IMG/VR virus record: IMGVR_UViG_3300042564_004498
Span: 81,526-145,525 of that record
Strand: one strand, 5' to 3'
Source: a virus
DNA: 64,000 nt
Below are positions 18,053-27,830 of this stretch, piece after piece. The notes under the pieces were generated by a model, which saw nothing but the letters and a program-made list of their open reading frames with translations, was not told the origin of the DNA and made no database searches. The position numbers were made by a program, and so were the translations under genes. Within the stretch, counting starts at the first letter, position 1. Each line of letters starts with the position of its first letter.

Positions 18053-18895
18053 CTAATAATTTAAGATTAACAACTCTTCCCCCATATTTTGTGTTTTTCC
18101 TTTTTTTGCCGCCGCAGCTTTAGCAAACTCTTTCTTTTCCCATCTGTATTGAATCTGAGGAAACCAAGTGTGTAATTGAGGAAAATCATAATAAGATAAA
18201 GAGAATTTTCCTTTAATATCTTTTAAACAATCTGCTAATCTCTCGTGGTCTGTGGTATCAAAGTCGTGGTTGTTATAGTAGTTCTCTGTTTTCCAATATG
18301 GAGGGTCAGCATAAACATAAGTTGATGGACTATCATATTTCTGAATAACCTCTTGGAAGTCCATATTTTCCACTTTAGTAATCTTCAAGAAATGTTCTAC
18401 CCATTCAGGTTTAGATAACTTATCTCTAAATGTAAGGTACTTTGATTTGTACTTCCCTTTTAAGTCAATAAACGAACTTGTTTCAGGTTTAGACCCCGAG
18501 AATACTTGAGCTAACACATAAGCATATTTAGCTGCAACAACGTAATCGTAAGCTTGTACGCTGAAATTGGTTCCAAATATTTCAGCTTGAAACCTGATAA
18601 ATTGTTCTTTATAGATGTCAGGTGTTGGAAACTCGTCCCTTTGTTGACAAGGAATATTATTCACTTCCTCCAATAATCTTTCAGGATTTTGAAGACATTG
18701 GAATAAATTGTAATTAAGTGGATTAAAGTCGTTATAGACAACTTCTTTTAAATTTGGGTACTTGGCTAGGTCCATGTTAAAGAACACCCAAAACATACCT
18801 GAAAATGGTTCTACATATGTTTCAATGTCTTGAGGTATGAATGGGACAATCCATTTACCTATTTTAGATTTCCCTCCGATGTATGATAACGCCAT
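18053..18895 (-). CDS. DNA adenine methyltransferase, Dam-like D12 class
   Basis: YIGGKS, YVEPFSG, YNDFN, YADPPY; start reassigned to the second Met. Confidence 0.9.
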   Translation of the reverse strand: MALSYIGGKSKIGKWIVPFIPQDIETYVEPFSGMFWVFFNMDLAKYPNLKEVVYNDFNPLNYNLFQCLQNPERLLEEVNNIPCQQRDEFPTPDIYKEQFIRFQAEIFGTNFSVQAYDYVVAAKYAYVLAQVFSGSKPETSSFIDLKGKYKSKYLTFRDKLSKPEWVEHFLKITKVENMDFQEVIQKYDSPSTYVYADPPYWKTENYYNNHDFDTTDHERLADCLKDIKGKFSLSYYDFPQLHTWFPQIQYRWEKKEFAKAAAAKKGKTQNMGEELLILNY

Positions 18896-18995
18896 AATTT
18901 TGTTTTTTTTAAAGTATAACAAATAAAAAATAAAAAAGCAAGTTTCTCTTTCAAATATTTTTTATTATATTTTAAGTAAATTAATATTTATCACT

Positions 18996-19172
18996 ATGGA
19001 AACAGTTGAAGGACAAATTATCGAAGAACAACCTAAAGAAGGATGTAAAAAATGTAATCAAAAACCAACATCAAGAAGACAGTATGCAACAATTGCTTTA
19101 GGATTTTATTTATTAAGTTCTGCAGTATATGGCACAATCGTTATGATTAAAAATTTAATTTCTCTTTTTTAA
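18996..19172 (+). CDS. Small membrane protein with CxxC (58 aa, not in the ORF track)
   Basis: METVEG..GCKKCNQ..ATIALGFYLLSSAVYGTIVMI; ATG 4 nt after TATTTAT. Confidence 0.65.
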   Translation: METVEGQIIEEQPKEGCKKCNQKPTSRRQYATIALGFYLLSSAVYGTIVMIKNLISLF

Positions 19173-20107
19173 TCAACTCGTTCAAACTTAACATTTAATT
19201 TAACATACATATCACCACCATTATATCCTTTATTTTTAAGTCTTAATGGTTTTGATGTGTCAAATAATTTAGGCGACGCCATCTGTAAATCACCATCAGG
19301 ATGTGGTATTAAAAATTTGTCTTTTTGAACTTCTTCTAAGTTGAGGTATAGATTATAAATTAAATCATTATTTATTTTTTCATACCCGTCTTTTGGTACC
19401 ATTTGTATTTGAAGAATCAAATCCCCATACTCACCATTTTTAAAATCTCCGGCATTGGCAACTTTTAAATATTGTCCATCATCAACCCCTTTAGGTAATG
19501 TCACATTAATTTCATTTGCCACAGATTTTATACCATTTCCACTACAATTATAACATTTATGTATTAGGGTGTATCCTCTTCCAGCACATGTTGGGCATGT
19601 TTGTCTAACTTGTTGTGTCATAAATCCAGTACCAAAAACTTTAACTTGGAACCCTTGTCCTTTACAAGTTCCGCAAGTTTGTTGGTCACCACCTTTTCCA
19701 TTACAAGGTTGACAATGATTATCCTTAACATAACGAATAGTTTTTTGAATACCTTTGTAAGACTCTATTGGAGACACCATCACCTTAACAATTTTGTCAG
19801 GAGCGTTTTTTCTCATAGGTTGTTGTCTAGATTGTTGAGATGCCCCTCCAAACATTTGGTTAAACATATCCTGAAATGACGAACCACCCCCGCCGCCAGC
19901 AAATGGATTATTTTTGGCTTGGTCGTATTGTGTTCGTTTACCCTCATTACCTAAGGTGTCGTAAGCTTCCGCAATATCTTTAAATTGTTCAGCGCCTTCA
20001 GGATTTATATCCGGGTGATATTTCTTAGAGAGGGTTCTGTATGATTTTTTAATCTCATTTGCAGACGATTTCTCTTCAACTTCTAAAATTTTATAGTAAT
20101 CTTTCAT
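19169..20107 (-). CDS. dnaJ: DnaJ chaperone
   Basis: J-domain KDYYKIL..YHPD, G/F-rich region, four CxxCxGxG repeats, C-terminal domain. Confidence 0.95.
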   Translation of the reverse strand: MKDYYKILEVEEKSSANEIKKSYRTLSKKYHPDINPEGAEQFKDIAEAYDTLGNEGKRTQYDQAKNNPFAGGGGGSSFQDMFNQMFGGASQQSRQQPMRKNAPDKIVKVMVSPIESYKGIQKTIRYVKDNHCQPCNGKGGDQQTCGTCKGQGFQVKVFGTGFMTQQVRQTCPTCAGRGYTLIHKCYNCSGNGIKSVANEINVTLPKGVDDGQYLKVANAGDFKNGEYGDLILQIQMVPKDGYEKINNDLIYNLYLNLEEVQKDKFLIPHPDGDLQMASPKLFDTSKPLRLKNKGYNGGDMYVKLNVKFERVD

Positions 20108-20109
20108 AT

Positions 20110-20754
20110 ATGGAGAACTACCTTGTAGTCTTGTTCAAAAATAAGACAAAGAAAAAAATAATAAATAAGTTCATCACTTATAATAGAGCTAAATTATTTT
20201 ATAATAAACTTGTTAAAGAATCTCAAGACATAATATTTGATGTTGAAGTTGAGTCGGGTAAGGAATGCAAATATGAGATTGGTATCATTGAGATGAGTGG
20301 TAGACAACTCGTACCTGTGTATATGACCGATGAGTATGGTAGAAGTATTAAAGTAAAATTAAATGAAGATGGTATGACTCTTTTTGAAATATCCCCATAC
20401 AAAAAAGATGAACTCATTTACGACATTAAAGAAGGTAAAAAAATTACAACCCAAGAATTAATTAAAAAATATCTTAAGGGTGATGGTATGAAAATGATTT
20501 CCGTATTAAACAATAAAATTGTTGTACAACAAGAAGAAAAGTTTTATTTATTTACATTAAAAACAGAACAAGAATCCGCAAGATTTGTTAATTGTTTATC
20601 TTCTTACTTTTTTAAAATAAAAAGAGGAGATTGTCTTTTTGTGAAAGACTACTCCTCGGCTCAAAGAAAATACCTTTATGGTATTTTAGAATCTAATGGT
20701 TTTGATAAGAAAGTACTTTATAGAAAATTTACTTCTCTACCTCAGTCAAAATAA
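20110..20754 (+). CDS. Hypothetical protein
   Basis: Long ORF divergent from dnaJ; start reassigned to MENYL. Confidence 0.75.
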   Translation: MENYLVVLFKNKTKKKIINKFITYNRAKLFYNKLVKESQDIIFDVEVESGKECKYEIGIIEMSGRQLVPVYMTDEYGRSIKVKLNEDGMTLFEISPYKKDELIYDIKEGKKITTQELIKKYLKGDGMKMISVLNNKIVVQQEEKFYLFTLKTEQESARFVNCLSSYFFKIKRGDCLFVKDYSSAQRKYLYGILESNGFDKKVLYRKFTSLPQSK

Positions 20755-20959
20755 AATGAAAATCAGTTCCTGAAATATCAATTGTAAATTGTTTGTGATG
20801 TCTATCAACTTCTCTAAAGTGATTAATAACACTGGTGTATTCACCTTTAGGTAATTCAAAAACTATAGTCGCCTTACCACTAAAAATGGTTTGACAAGAT
20901 TCAGCAATTAATGCTAATTTTTCTAATTCCCCAAAAGGATGATTTTTATTCTCTTCCAT
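20729..20959 (-). CDS. Hypothetical protein
   Basis: 76 aa ORF. Confidence 0.65.
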   Translation of the reverse strand: MEENKNHPFGELEKLALIAESCQTIFSGKATIVFELPKGEYTSVINHFREVDRHHKQFTIDISGTDFHFILTEVEK

Positions 20960-21117
20960 AAACTTATTTTTTTTGGTATAGGAAACATTTCTTCCTTCTT
21001 TAATTTAGTAATTTGTGAGATGTAATCCTGTTTAATTTTCTCAACTTGTTGTGAATCTTTTCGTTCCTCACTCTCTATCATTCTCAACAGTCTCTGTGAT
21101 TGGTCTGTCTTGCTCAT
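20923..21117 (-). CDS. Hypothetical protein
   Basis: 64 aa ORF overlapping neighbours. Confidence 0.55.
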   Translation of the reverse strand: MSKTDQSQRLLRMIESEERKDSQQVEKIKQDYISQITKLKKEEMFPIPKKISLWKRIKIILLGN

Positions 21118-21532
21118 ATGTTTCTAAATTTGGTTCTTCCTCCTTAATCTCTAAACTTGTGTCCCCTTCATCAAAATCAAAATATAGGTTTTGAAGTCTA
21201 TCTAAATCAGTTTTTTCAAATGTTTGTTTTAATTGGTCAACAGTTTGTTTAAACAGTCGTTCTTTTAATTCCCTTTCTTTATTTAACTTAATAATTTTGG
21301 CAATCTTTGTCAAAGTTATTGAAACATTATTTTCATTAATCTCGGAAACAAACGAAATACCTTTTAAATTTTGGTCATCTGAATCAAACCCAACGATTTG
21401 TCCCTCATCAATAATACTTTTTGGTAATGCCCATTTAGTTGGGAATAACATGTCAAAACTCAAATAAGTCTTTAATTTTCTTATTGAGTGTATGTATTCA
21501 ACAAACGGTGCTAATTCTTTATAAAAACTCAT
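21068..21532 (-). CDS. Hypothetical protein
   Basis: 154 aa ORF. Confidence 0.75.
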   Translation of the reverse strand: MSFYKELAPFVEYIHSIRKLKTYLSFDMLFPTKWALPKSIIDEGQIVGFDSDDQNLKGISFVSEINENNVSITLTKIAKIIKLNKERELKERLFKQTVDQLKQTFEKTDLDRLQNLYFDFDEGDTSLEIKEEEPNLETYEQDRPITETVENDRE

Positions 21533-21717
21533 TTTGCGTATAGATATGTGATTATGTAACTAATTGATAATGCAATGTAAATAAGTTCCCTGTTACTATA
21601 AACCAATGGTTTTGGTTCTCTAGATAACAGGGCTCCTATGAATTTTGTAACATTTTTCAATGATACTAATATTGTAAAAACAAATATAAAAAAATATATT
21701 GTGTCAATATTATGCAT
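21529..21717 (-). CDS. Small two-TM membrane protein
   Basis: Two hydrophobic stretches. Confidence 0.65.
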   Translation of the reverse strand: MHNIDTIYFFIFVFTILVSLKNVTKFIGALLSREPKPLVYSNRELIYIALSISYIITYLYAK

Positions 21718-21892
21718 TCTTTTCTGATTTGCTATGTTCTAAAATTTCTTTTCTGAATTGTTGAAGAGCGTCTTTCAACTCTTGAGCAGTTTTTCTAGTT
21801 CTAGTTCCCGCGCTTTTATTTCCTTTATAGAATTTAGTAGCATCAACTGATAGTAACTCAGTTAGTTCTTTAATTTTTTCTAATGTTTCCAT
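21710..21892 (-). CDS. Histone H1-like (Hc1 family) protein, Bacteroidetes type
   Basis: KFYKGNKSAGTRTRKTAQELK..FRKEI signature. Confidence 0.8.
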   Translation of the reverse strand: METLEKIKELTELLSVDATKFYKGNKSAGTRTRKTAQELKDALQQFRKEILEHSKSEKNA

Positions 21893-21973
21893 TTTTAATT
21901 TATAAATTAGTTTATTGTTTATTTTAGAATATTAACTTTTCTTACTCTGGTGTAAATAGAATTAAGGTTTTTT

Positions 21974-22447
21974 TTAACTAACACTTTTTTCCAACATCTT
22001 ATAAATTTGTGTTAATATGTCTAAATCAGATTTACTAAATGGTTTATAAACATCAAAAACTTCAAATAAAAAATTAGGGATAGACTCTTTTACACCCTTA
22101 TCAGGATGATTATAAAATGTGTCAATAAAAAATGATTTGAAATATTCTCGGTGTTCTCCCGATTCTTTAATAATGATATCTTCTTTTTTAAAGTCATTTA
22201 TAACTTTGCCCCAACACCAATCAAAATGTGATTCATTATCTTCTTGAGTGAGTAGTATTTTAGTCTCATAACTACTACTTGTATTACCCATGTAAGTGTC
22301 CGCGACAATATGATTCAAAGACTTGAATATATCACCGTACAACTCAATTTTTTCATAATTCATGTTATGAATATTAAACCAAATTGTTACTTCATCATTG
22401 GGGATTACCTTAGACATCCAATTAAAAAAATTCTCCATAGAGTTCAT
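21974..22447 (-). CDS. Hypothetical protein
   Basis: 157 aa ORF. Confidence 0.75.
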   Translation of the reverse strand: MNSMENFFNWMSKVIPNDEVTIWFNIHNMNYEKIELYGDIFKSLNHIVADTYMGNTSSSYETKILLTQEDNESHFDWCWGKVINDFKKEDIIIKESGEHREYFKSFFIDTFYNHPDKGVKESIPNFLFEVFDVYKPFSKSDLDILTQIYKMLEKSVS

Positions 22448-22486
22448 CTATGGAGAATATAATAAAATGATATTAAATGTGAATTT

Positions 22487-23794
22487 TTATTGAGTTTTTC
22501 TGTCGTAAGAAATTAGATTTTTCATCTTATTCATTTCTTCAGATACTATTTTTAACTTTTTATCTTCAACAGATTCAAGTTTGTTCATAATATTTTGAGC
22601 CTTAGCCGTAGAACTTTTACTACCTCTTTTGCTTTGTAATGAACCTGATTCCGTATTTTCCCCTGCAACATCAACAGGTTGTGATTGTCTTTTATAAGAA
22701 ACATTCATTTGTTCAGCACCATATAGATTCTCATCATAATTCTTTTTGAATTTATCTCCAAGTTTACTTTTACCTACATTACCTAATGCCTTTCCATCTT
22801 TATCAGTAACCGCATTACCCGTTGTTGAATCCCCTTTTAAGTATTTATCTATTTTCTTATCGTCGGGTTTAATTTCGTCATAAACTAAATTAGTCATACC
22901 AGGATAACTAAAAGCATCAATATACTCATCAACCGCCTCTGATGGATTATATTTCATCACTTTAGCGTCTTTATCCATTTGGTAATTACTTTGTGGGAAA
23001 TCGTCAGGATTTTCGTTGTACTCGCCACCACCCATGAACATATCCTTCATATAATCTTTCATTTTCTTAACAACCTCTTTAGAATAGTCATCATTTTCTT
23101 TTTTGTCTAAATCTAAAACTTTGTTAGTTTTTTTAAGACCTTGAGGTTCTTTAACTGAAATATTGTTTTTCTCTGCTATGTCTTTAATTTTTTGTTCAAT
23201 CACTAAAGTCTCAATCATATCAATTAATTCTTCTTCAGTTAATTTTAAAGATTTTGTACTTTCCTTAACACTTTTAAGTGTTAATGCTAAATTAACTTGT
23301 TTCAACAATGTAGAATCAGATGCCGATAATTTTTTATCTCCCTCACTTTTTTTCATTAATTCCTTTTTTAACGATTGTAATTTAGCGTTAGGGATTTTGT
23401 CACCTTCAGGTATTCCTAATTTTTTATGTAAAGCCCCTTTATTCATTTTAGTTTTTTGAATCCAATTTTTATCTTCCTTAGACTCATACATTTCGTCACC
23501 GCACTCATTACACTCATCCTCATCTATATCGTTATTATCAAAGAAAAATTCTTCAACTTCTTTCTTATGAGATTTAGCATCTCTTAATTTTTTGAAATCC
23601 GCAGCAGTGATTTTACCTTTTGGTTCGGCAACATCTATCTTTTTTTGACCACCTTTAAGTTCTTCTCCCATTTCAATTTCAGTCCATTCACCTTCATTGA
23701 TAGTTTTTGATAATTCTTTAACTTTACTCTCAATTTCTTCGTTTAGAATTCTTGAAACAAGTTTGTCAATATTTTTGTTAAAATTACTCATCAT
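22487..23794 (-). CDS. Probable head-internal/scaffold-like protein
   Basis: Highly charged; many (I/L/V)xE motifs; KNWIQK..KGALHKKLGIPEG module; TATTTAT upstream. Confidence 0.55.
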   Translation of the reverse strand: MMSNFNKNIDKLVSRILNEEIESKVKELSKTINEGEWTEIEMGEELKGGQKKIDVAEPKGKITAADFKKLRDAKSHKKEVEEFFFDNNDIDEDECNECGDEMYESKEDKNWIQKTKMNKGALHKKLGIPEGDKIPNAKLQSLKKELMKKSEGDKKLSASDSTLLKQVNLALTLKSVKESTKSLKLTEEELIDMIETLVIEQKIKDIAEKNNISVKEPQGLKKTNKVLDLDKKENDDYSKEVVKKMKDYMKDMFMGGGEYNENPDDFPQSNYQMDKDAKVMKYNPSEAVDEYIDAFSYPGMTNLVYDEIKPDDKKIDKYLKGDSTTGNAVTDKDGKALGNVGKSKLGDKFKKNYDENLYGAEQMNVSYKRQSQPVDVAGENTESGSLQSKRGSKSSTAKAQNIMNKLESVEDKKLKIVSEEMNKMKNLISYDRKTQ

Positions 23795-23816
23795 TATTGT
23801 TTTCTTATAAATATAT

Positions 23817-24674
23817 TTAATTGTGTCTTTTATTCATTTTTTCGTATTCATGTTCCAAAATAGTCTTAATAACATTCTCACTGATACCAATTTTACTAGA
23901 AACATTCTTGATTGCCTCTTTAACTGATTCGTTTTTACTAATTTTTACATTATTAATATCACCTTGATTACAATACGGGAATTTAGTACACTTCTTTTTT
24001 ATCTTAACAAATCCCCCACCAGGTATTTGAGTTTTTCTACTTGGACCCCAATCTTTCTTTTTAGTTGATTTAGCCCACATAGATGGTGATTCATACGCTC
24101 CACTTGAACCTGTAGTTGTGGCTTCTTTCGCCTCTACTTTTTCAACATCACTCTCTTTTAATTTTGGAGTTTCTCTTCTACTTCTTTCCCAAAATTCATC
24201 GTTACCTCCAAATACTGGTCCTGAATATGCACCTGAAGAACCTGAACCTGTGGCTTCCTTAGTTTCTTTTTTCTTACCGTCACAATGCGCTTTTTGACTA
24301 AAACCTTTTGGGTTTGAACAATTTATGGATTTTTTATATTTTTCACTCCACTTCTCGGTAACCTCGTTTTTATCACTTTTCATCCCTTTACCCATATTTG
24401 TTAATATAGTGTTTAAAACATCTGTAGTTAAACCAGGCGTTTTACCTCCAGGATAATATTTTGAATGACCTGTTTCGTCTTTAGTCTCTTTCTTTTTATT
24501 AAGTAAAAATTTCTTAATACTTCTTCTAATCATTGGTGTTTCATCTTCTGTTTCATCTTCTTTAACACCTTGTCTATAAGATGCATAATCAGTCATAGTT
24601 CCCTGATTAAGATTAACACTTGTATATGCTTTATCTAACCCGTCTTTGAATACTTCTTGTGCTGTTTTTGGCAT
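23817..24674 (-). CDS. Probable head-internal protein with repeated modules
   Basis: EKWSEKYKKSINCSNPKGFSQKAHC module; KEATxxGSSGAY x2. Confidence 0.55.
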   Translation of the reverse strand: MPKTAQEVFKDGLDKAYTSVNLNQGTMTDYASYRQGVKEDETEDETPMIRRSIKKFLLNKKKETKDETGHSKYYPGGKTPGLTTDVLNTILTNMGKGMKSDKNEVTEKWSEKYKKSINCSNPKGFSQKAHCDGKKKETKEATGSGSSGAYSGPVFGGNDEFWERSRRETPKLKESDVEKVEAKEATTTGSSGAYESPSMWAKSTKKKDWGPSRKTQIPGGGFVKIKKKCTKFPYCNQGDINNVKISKNESVKEAIKNVSSKIGISENVIKTILEHEYEKMNKRHN

Positions 24675-24676
24675 AG

Positions 24677-24922
24677 TTATGCGTTTTTAAGTCTTGGTTC
24701 CCAATAACTTCTATTCATCCACATAAATTGGTAGAACTCTCGGAACATTCTTAATGTGATGTCTTTAACATCACCTTCTAATTTACCTCTTTTGATTTCT
24801 TTACCGATTCTATCCAGTAATTTATCTTCAAATTGTTTAAGAGTATTATTTTCCATAAAGCTTTTTATTTCTTTACGAATTAATACTTCCATCTCTTTAA
24901 CTTCAGAACTAGTTAACGCCAT
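24677..24922 (-). CDS. Hypothetical protein
   Basis: 81 aa ORF. Confidence 0.7.
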   Translation of the reverse strand: MALTSSEVKEMEVLIRKEIKSFMENNTLKQFEDKLLDRIGKEIKRGKLEGDVKDITLRMFREFYQFMWMNRSYWEPRLKNA

Positions 24923-25322
24923 TATTTAGTATTAGATATGTTGTTGATATTATTCCAGCAAAAGTTCCAACTTTCCATAAAAAAGTTTTAGTTCTTTGAC
25001 TTTTTAATTCTTTATGTAAACTATTAGTTAACTCTTCAGACACTTTTAATTGTTCATTTTTTTTTACAATCATGAATTGATTATTTTTATCTTTAGTTGT
25101 TAATAAATTAATAATCGTGTCTTTTTGAGAGTCTTTCTCATTAAGTTTAAAAATTTTATCATTTAATAATTTTACTTCTTCTTTATACCCATCAAATTTC
25201 AATAAATCTTTATAGATTAATCTGGCTGTTTTGGTTGGGAGTATTACTTTAGTTGTATCTTGCTGTGAGTAACTGCTCCAGCTCAACATTACCAAAGTTA
25301 TTAACATTATTAACTTTCTCAT
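24909..25322 (-). CDS. Exported coiled-coil protein with signal peptide and C-terminal TM (spanin-like candidate)
   Basis: MRKLIMLITLVMLSWSSYS signal; hydrophobic C-terminus; overlaps the upstream TM/coiled-coil gene. Confidence 0.5.
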   Translation of the reverse strand: MRKLIMLITLVMLSWSSYSQQDTTKVILPTKTARLIYKDLLKFDGYKEEVKLLNDKIFKLNEKDSQKDTIINLLTTKDKNNQFMIVKKNEQLKVSEELTNSLHKELKSQRTKTFLWKVGTFAGIISTTYLILNNGVN

Positions 25323-25584
25323 TTGTTTTTTCTTTTACTATTGTTAAATTATTATCAATGTGATGAATTTCTTTTGTAATATTATTTACATTTTCTTTCA
25401 CCTCAAAAACTTTATCCTCAATTTTTTTATTTACAACCTGAACAGAGTCTACCTCTATTTGGATGTTTTCTATTTTTTCCTTGTAAGACTTAACATCAGT
25501 TTTAATACTATTTGTATTAAAAATGTTCCAAGCGACCAATACAATAACGATGATTAATAAAATGGTTTCTTTATTATCTTTCAT
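25249..25584 (-). CDS. N-terminal TM plus coiled-coil protein (i-spanin-like candidate)
   Basis: ILLIIVIVLVAW then heptad repeats; start reassigned to MKDNK. Confidence 0.5.
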   Translation of the reverse strand: MKDNKETILLIIVIVLVAWNIFNTNSIKTDVKSYKEKIENIQIEVDSVQVVNKKIEDKVFEVKENVNNITKEIHHIDNNLTIVKEKTNEKVNNVNNFGNVELEQLLTARYN

Positions 25585-25594
25585 AATTAATAAA

Positions 25595-26161
25595 TTATTG
25601 TGGTGATTCTTTAGTTTTCTTTCTATTAGCAAGTACTTTACCCCACTTAGATTTAAATTTTTGGTAAAATTGTTGTAATTTATTTAATGTGGTTAAAAAA
25701 TCTTCATCAACTTTAATCATGGTTCCATTGATGTATATTCCACTATTCTCACCTATTGATAAACTAAATTCAATGTCATCATCTATAAGCTTACCTGACC
25801 ACTCTACATTATTTTGGTAAACATTTAATGTATTAAAATCTGCTAAGTCAGAAACCTCATTAACAAACTCGTCCATAGTTTCTTGGAATGCAATTTTTTC
25901 ATCAGATGTAATATCTAATTCACTTCTATCTTTACCATGTAAAGCTAGTATACCACCAGAAATTCTGTATTTTTGGGTTTTATCTTTTTGAGTTGGATTC
26001 TCACCATTCTCAACTTCTTTGTCGGCTGTTTCATATTCGGCATCTTGTTGTATTCTACTTTCAACATCCGCGCCAACATTAACTTGTTGTTCAAACAATA
26101 ATTTAGACCTCTTTAATAGAGATTTAATTTCATCGTATCTTTCGTTATGCAAATTGCTCAT
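25595..26161 (-). CDS. Hypothetical protein
   Basis: 188 aa ORF. Confidence 0.75.
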   Translation of the reverse strand: MSNLHNERYDEIKSLLKRSKLLFEQQVNVGADVESRIQQDAEYETADKEVENGENPTQKDKTQKYRISGGILALHGKDRSELDITSDEKIAFQETMDEFVNEVSDLADFNTLNVYQNNVEWSGKLIDDDIEFSLSIGENSGIYINGTMIKVDEDFLTTLNKLQQFYQKFKSKWGKVLANRKKTKESPQ

Positions 26162-26750
26162 TTTCTAAAAATTTTCTAAAGGTTTCAAAATTAAATGATG
26201 GGTTTAGGTCAGTAAAGTTTGAATTAAAATTACTTCTTGTAACAATCCCTTCAAACTCGGAAATACCGTCAATTTTTACATTATGACCAATACATCTTTT
26301 ATCTATTTTATAATCACTAATTAATTGGTTACACAAATCCGCAGTTGATTTAATCTGTAAATCTGTATAGGGTTGCCAAAAAAAGTAATCTCTCCATTTT
26401 TTCTCGTAAACCTGTTGATTATAAATACTTCCTTTCCAGTTAATATAATAGTTGGTTAAAGGTTTCTTTTCTAACCATCCTAAATTCTCTAAACATATAA
26501 TTATAGAATTCCTGTTAATGTTAGATTCTTGAAAAAAATTGGTGTGTGAATCGTCAGAGAGTAGTTGTAAAATTTTACCTTCTCTTGTAATAATGTAATT
26601 GGGTATCTTATCAAATTTCCCATTATACCTAAGTTTAAGGGAAGTTAAATATTCTTTAACCTCCCTTGATGTATGACATAGGATTATTTGTTTTTTTTTC
26701 TTTTGTTTACCCGTAGGTTTGAAGTTTCCATATTTTTGGATATCAATCAT
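26145..26750 (-). CDS. N-acetylmuramoyl-L-alanine amidase (Amidase_2), putative endolysin
   Basis: IILCHTS, NYIITREGKILQL, NRNSIIICLEN, YTDLQ, IGHN. Confidence 0.75.
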   Translation of the reverse strand: MIDIQKYGNFKPTGKQKKKKQIILCHTSREVKEYLTSLKLRYNGKFDKIPNYIITREGKILQLLSDDSHTNFFQESNINRNSIIICLENLGWLEKKPLTNYYINWKGSIYNQQVYEKKWRDYFFWQPYTDLQIKSTADLCNQLISDYKIDKRCIGHNVKIDGISEFEGIVTRSNFNSNFTDLNPSFNFETFRKFLENEQFA

Positions 26751-27477
26751 TTCTTTTTGAATAACTCAAGACTTTTTTTTCAGTCCCATTTATTTCTTCT
26801 GAAGTGGTTAATGTTGAATCATCGGGTCCATCGTTCCCTATGGGACCTTCAAGCGAACCAAACTTTTGTTGGTTTAATTTCACTAACTCTTCCTCAAGTC
26901 TTTTTAAATCATCCTCAGTTGGTGTATACTTTTGGTTTTCAATTTCTCCTTCCATTTTTCCCGCTTGGAGACTTAGAGCTTCAATATCTATTGTTGGAGT
27001 TTCTATCGGTAATTTTTTTTTATCTTCTTCTTCAAATTTAACTAACATGTGTAAGAATGAAAGTGAAATTAAAGGTAACATTCCCCCTGAAAATAACGCT
27101 AAAAATCTTTTGTGCCCCGAAATATCTCCAACTCCAAGAAAACTAACTAGTGGGTCAACTAAATCAACCCAATCTTTAAACGCTTGACTATTAATATCAA
27201 TATATTGGTATGCAAAAAATATATTACCTATAAATTGGATTAAAGTAACAATACCAAATGGGAAATACACTTTTTTCCCCATCTGAGCAGATATTGCGGC
27301 CAATGCTGACAACGCAGCAATTTCAATACCAATTGATAAGTAAATTGCCCAACTAAAAGGATTAGATAATCCATACCATTTCGTTACATGGGAAATTGAC
27401 ACAAACGCAACGGTCAATATTGGAACCAAGAATGAAATGTATATTATTGTTTTAAAATTCCTTTGGAACCAATTCAT
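26743..27477 (-). CDS. Multi-pass membrane protein (holin/antiholin candidate)
   Basis: About 4 TM segments and an acidic tail; overlaps the amidase gene. Confidence 0.55.
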   Translation of the reverse strand: MNWFQRNFKTIIYISFLVPILTVAFVSISHVTKWYGLSNPFSWAIYLSIGIEIAALSALAAISAQMGKKVYFPFGIVTLIQFIGNIFFAYQYIDINSQAFKDWVDLVDPLVSFLGVGDISGHKRFLALFSGGMLPLISLSFLHMLVKFEEEDKKKLPIETPTIDIEALSLQAGKMEGEIENQKYTPTEDDLKRLEEELVKLNQQKFGSLEGPIGNDGPDDSTLTTSEEINGTEKKVLSYSKRND

Positions 27478-27761
27478 TATTTTTTTGTGTTTAATTTTTT
27501 TATTTCATTCTCAATTTCAGTTTGTCTTCTAACATCAATAAGTTTTCTATCAGTAGCCTGAATCATTCTTTTTTCCGCCTCAAGTCCTGATATTTGTAAT
27601 TGAATGTTTAATTCTTGTTTGGTGTATGTTGAATCTTTGATTGCCTCAATTTCTTTTTTAATTGATTTTATTTCTCTTGAATCTCCGCAACTTTTGAAGA
27701 ATCCTAATACGGCAATCACTAAAATAATTACTGTGAAGTTGTTTTCTAAAAATTTTTTCAT
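27477..27761 (-). CDS. Membrane-anchored or lipoprotein-like coiled-coil protein
   Basis: VIILVIAVLGFFKSC N-terminus. Confidence 0.6.
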   Translation of the reverse strand: MKKFLENNFTVIILVIAVLGFFKSCGDSREIKSIKKEIEAIKDSTYTKQELNIQLQISGLEAEKRMIQATDRKLIDVRRQTEIENEIKKLNTKK

Positions 27762-27794
27762 ATTAATTTGATTTAAATTTATTATTAAAATATA

Positions 27795-27822
27795 AAAGGT
27801 GTATTAAATAAATACACCCTTT
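27795..27822 (-). terminator. Terminator hairpin after sigma, containing a TATTTAT motif
   Basis: Minus strand AAGGGTGTATT-TATTT-AATACACCTTTT. Confidence 0.6.
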
Positions 27823-27830
27823 ACATCAAT

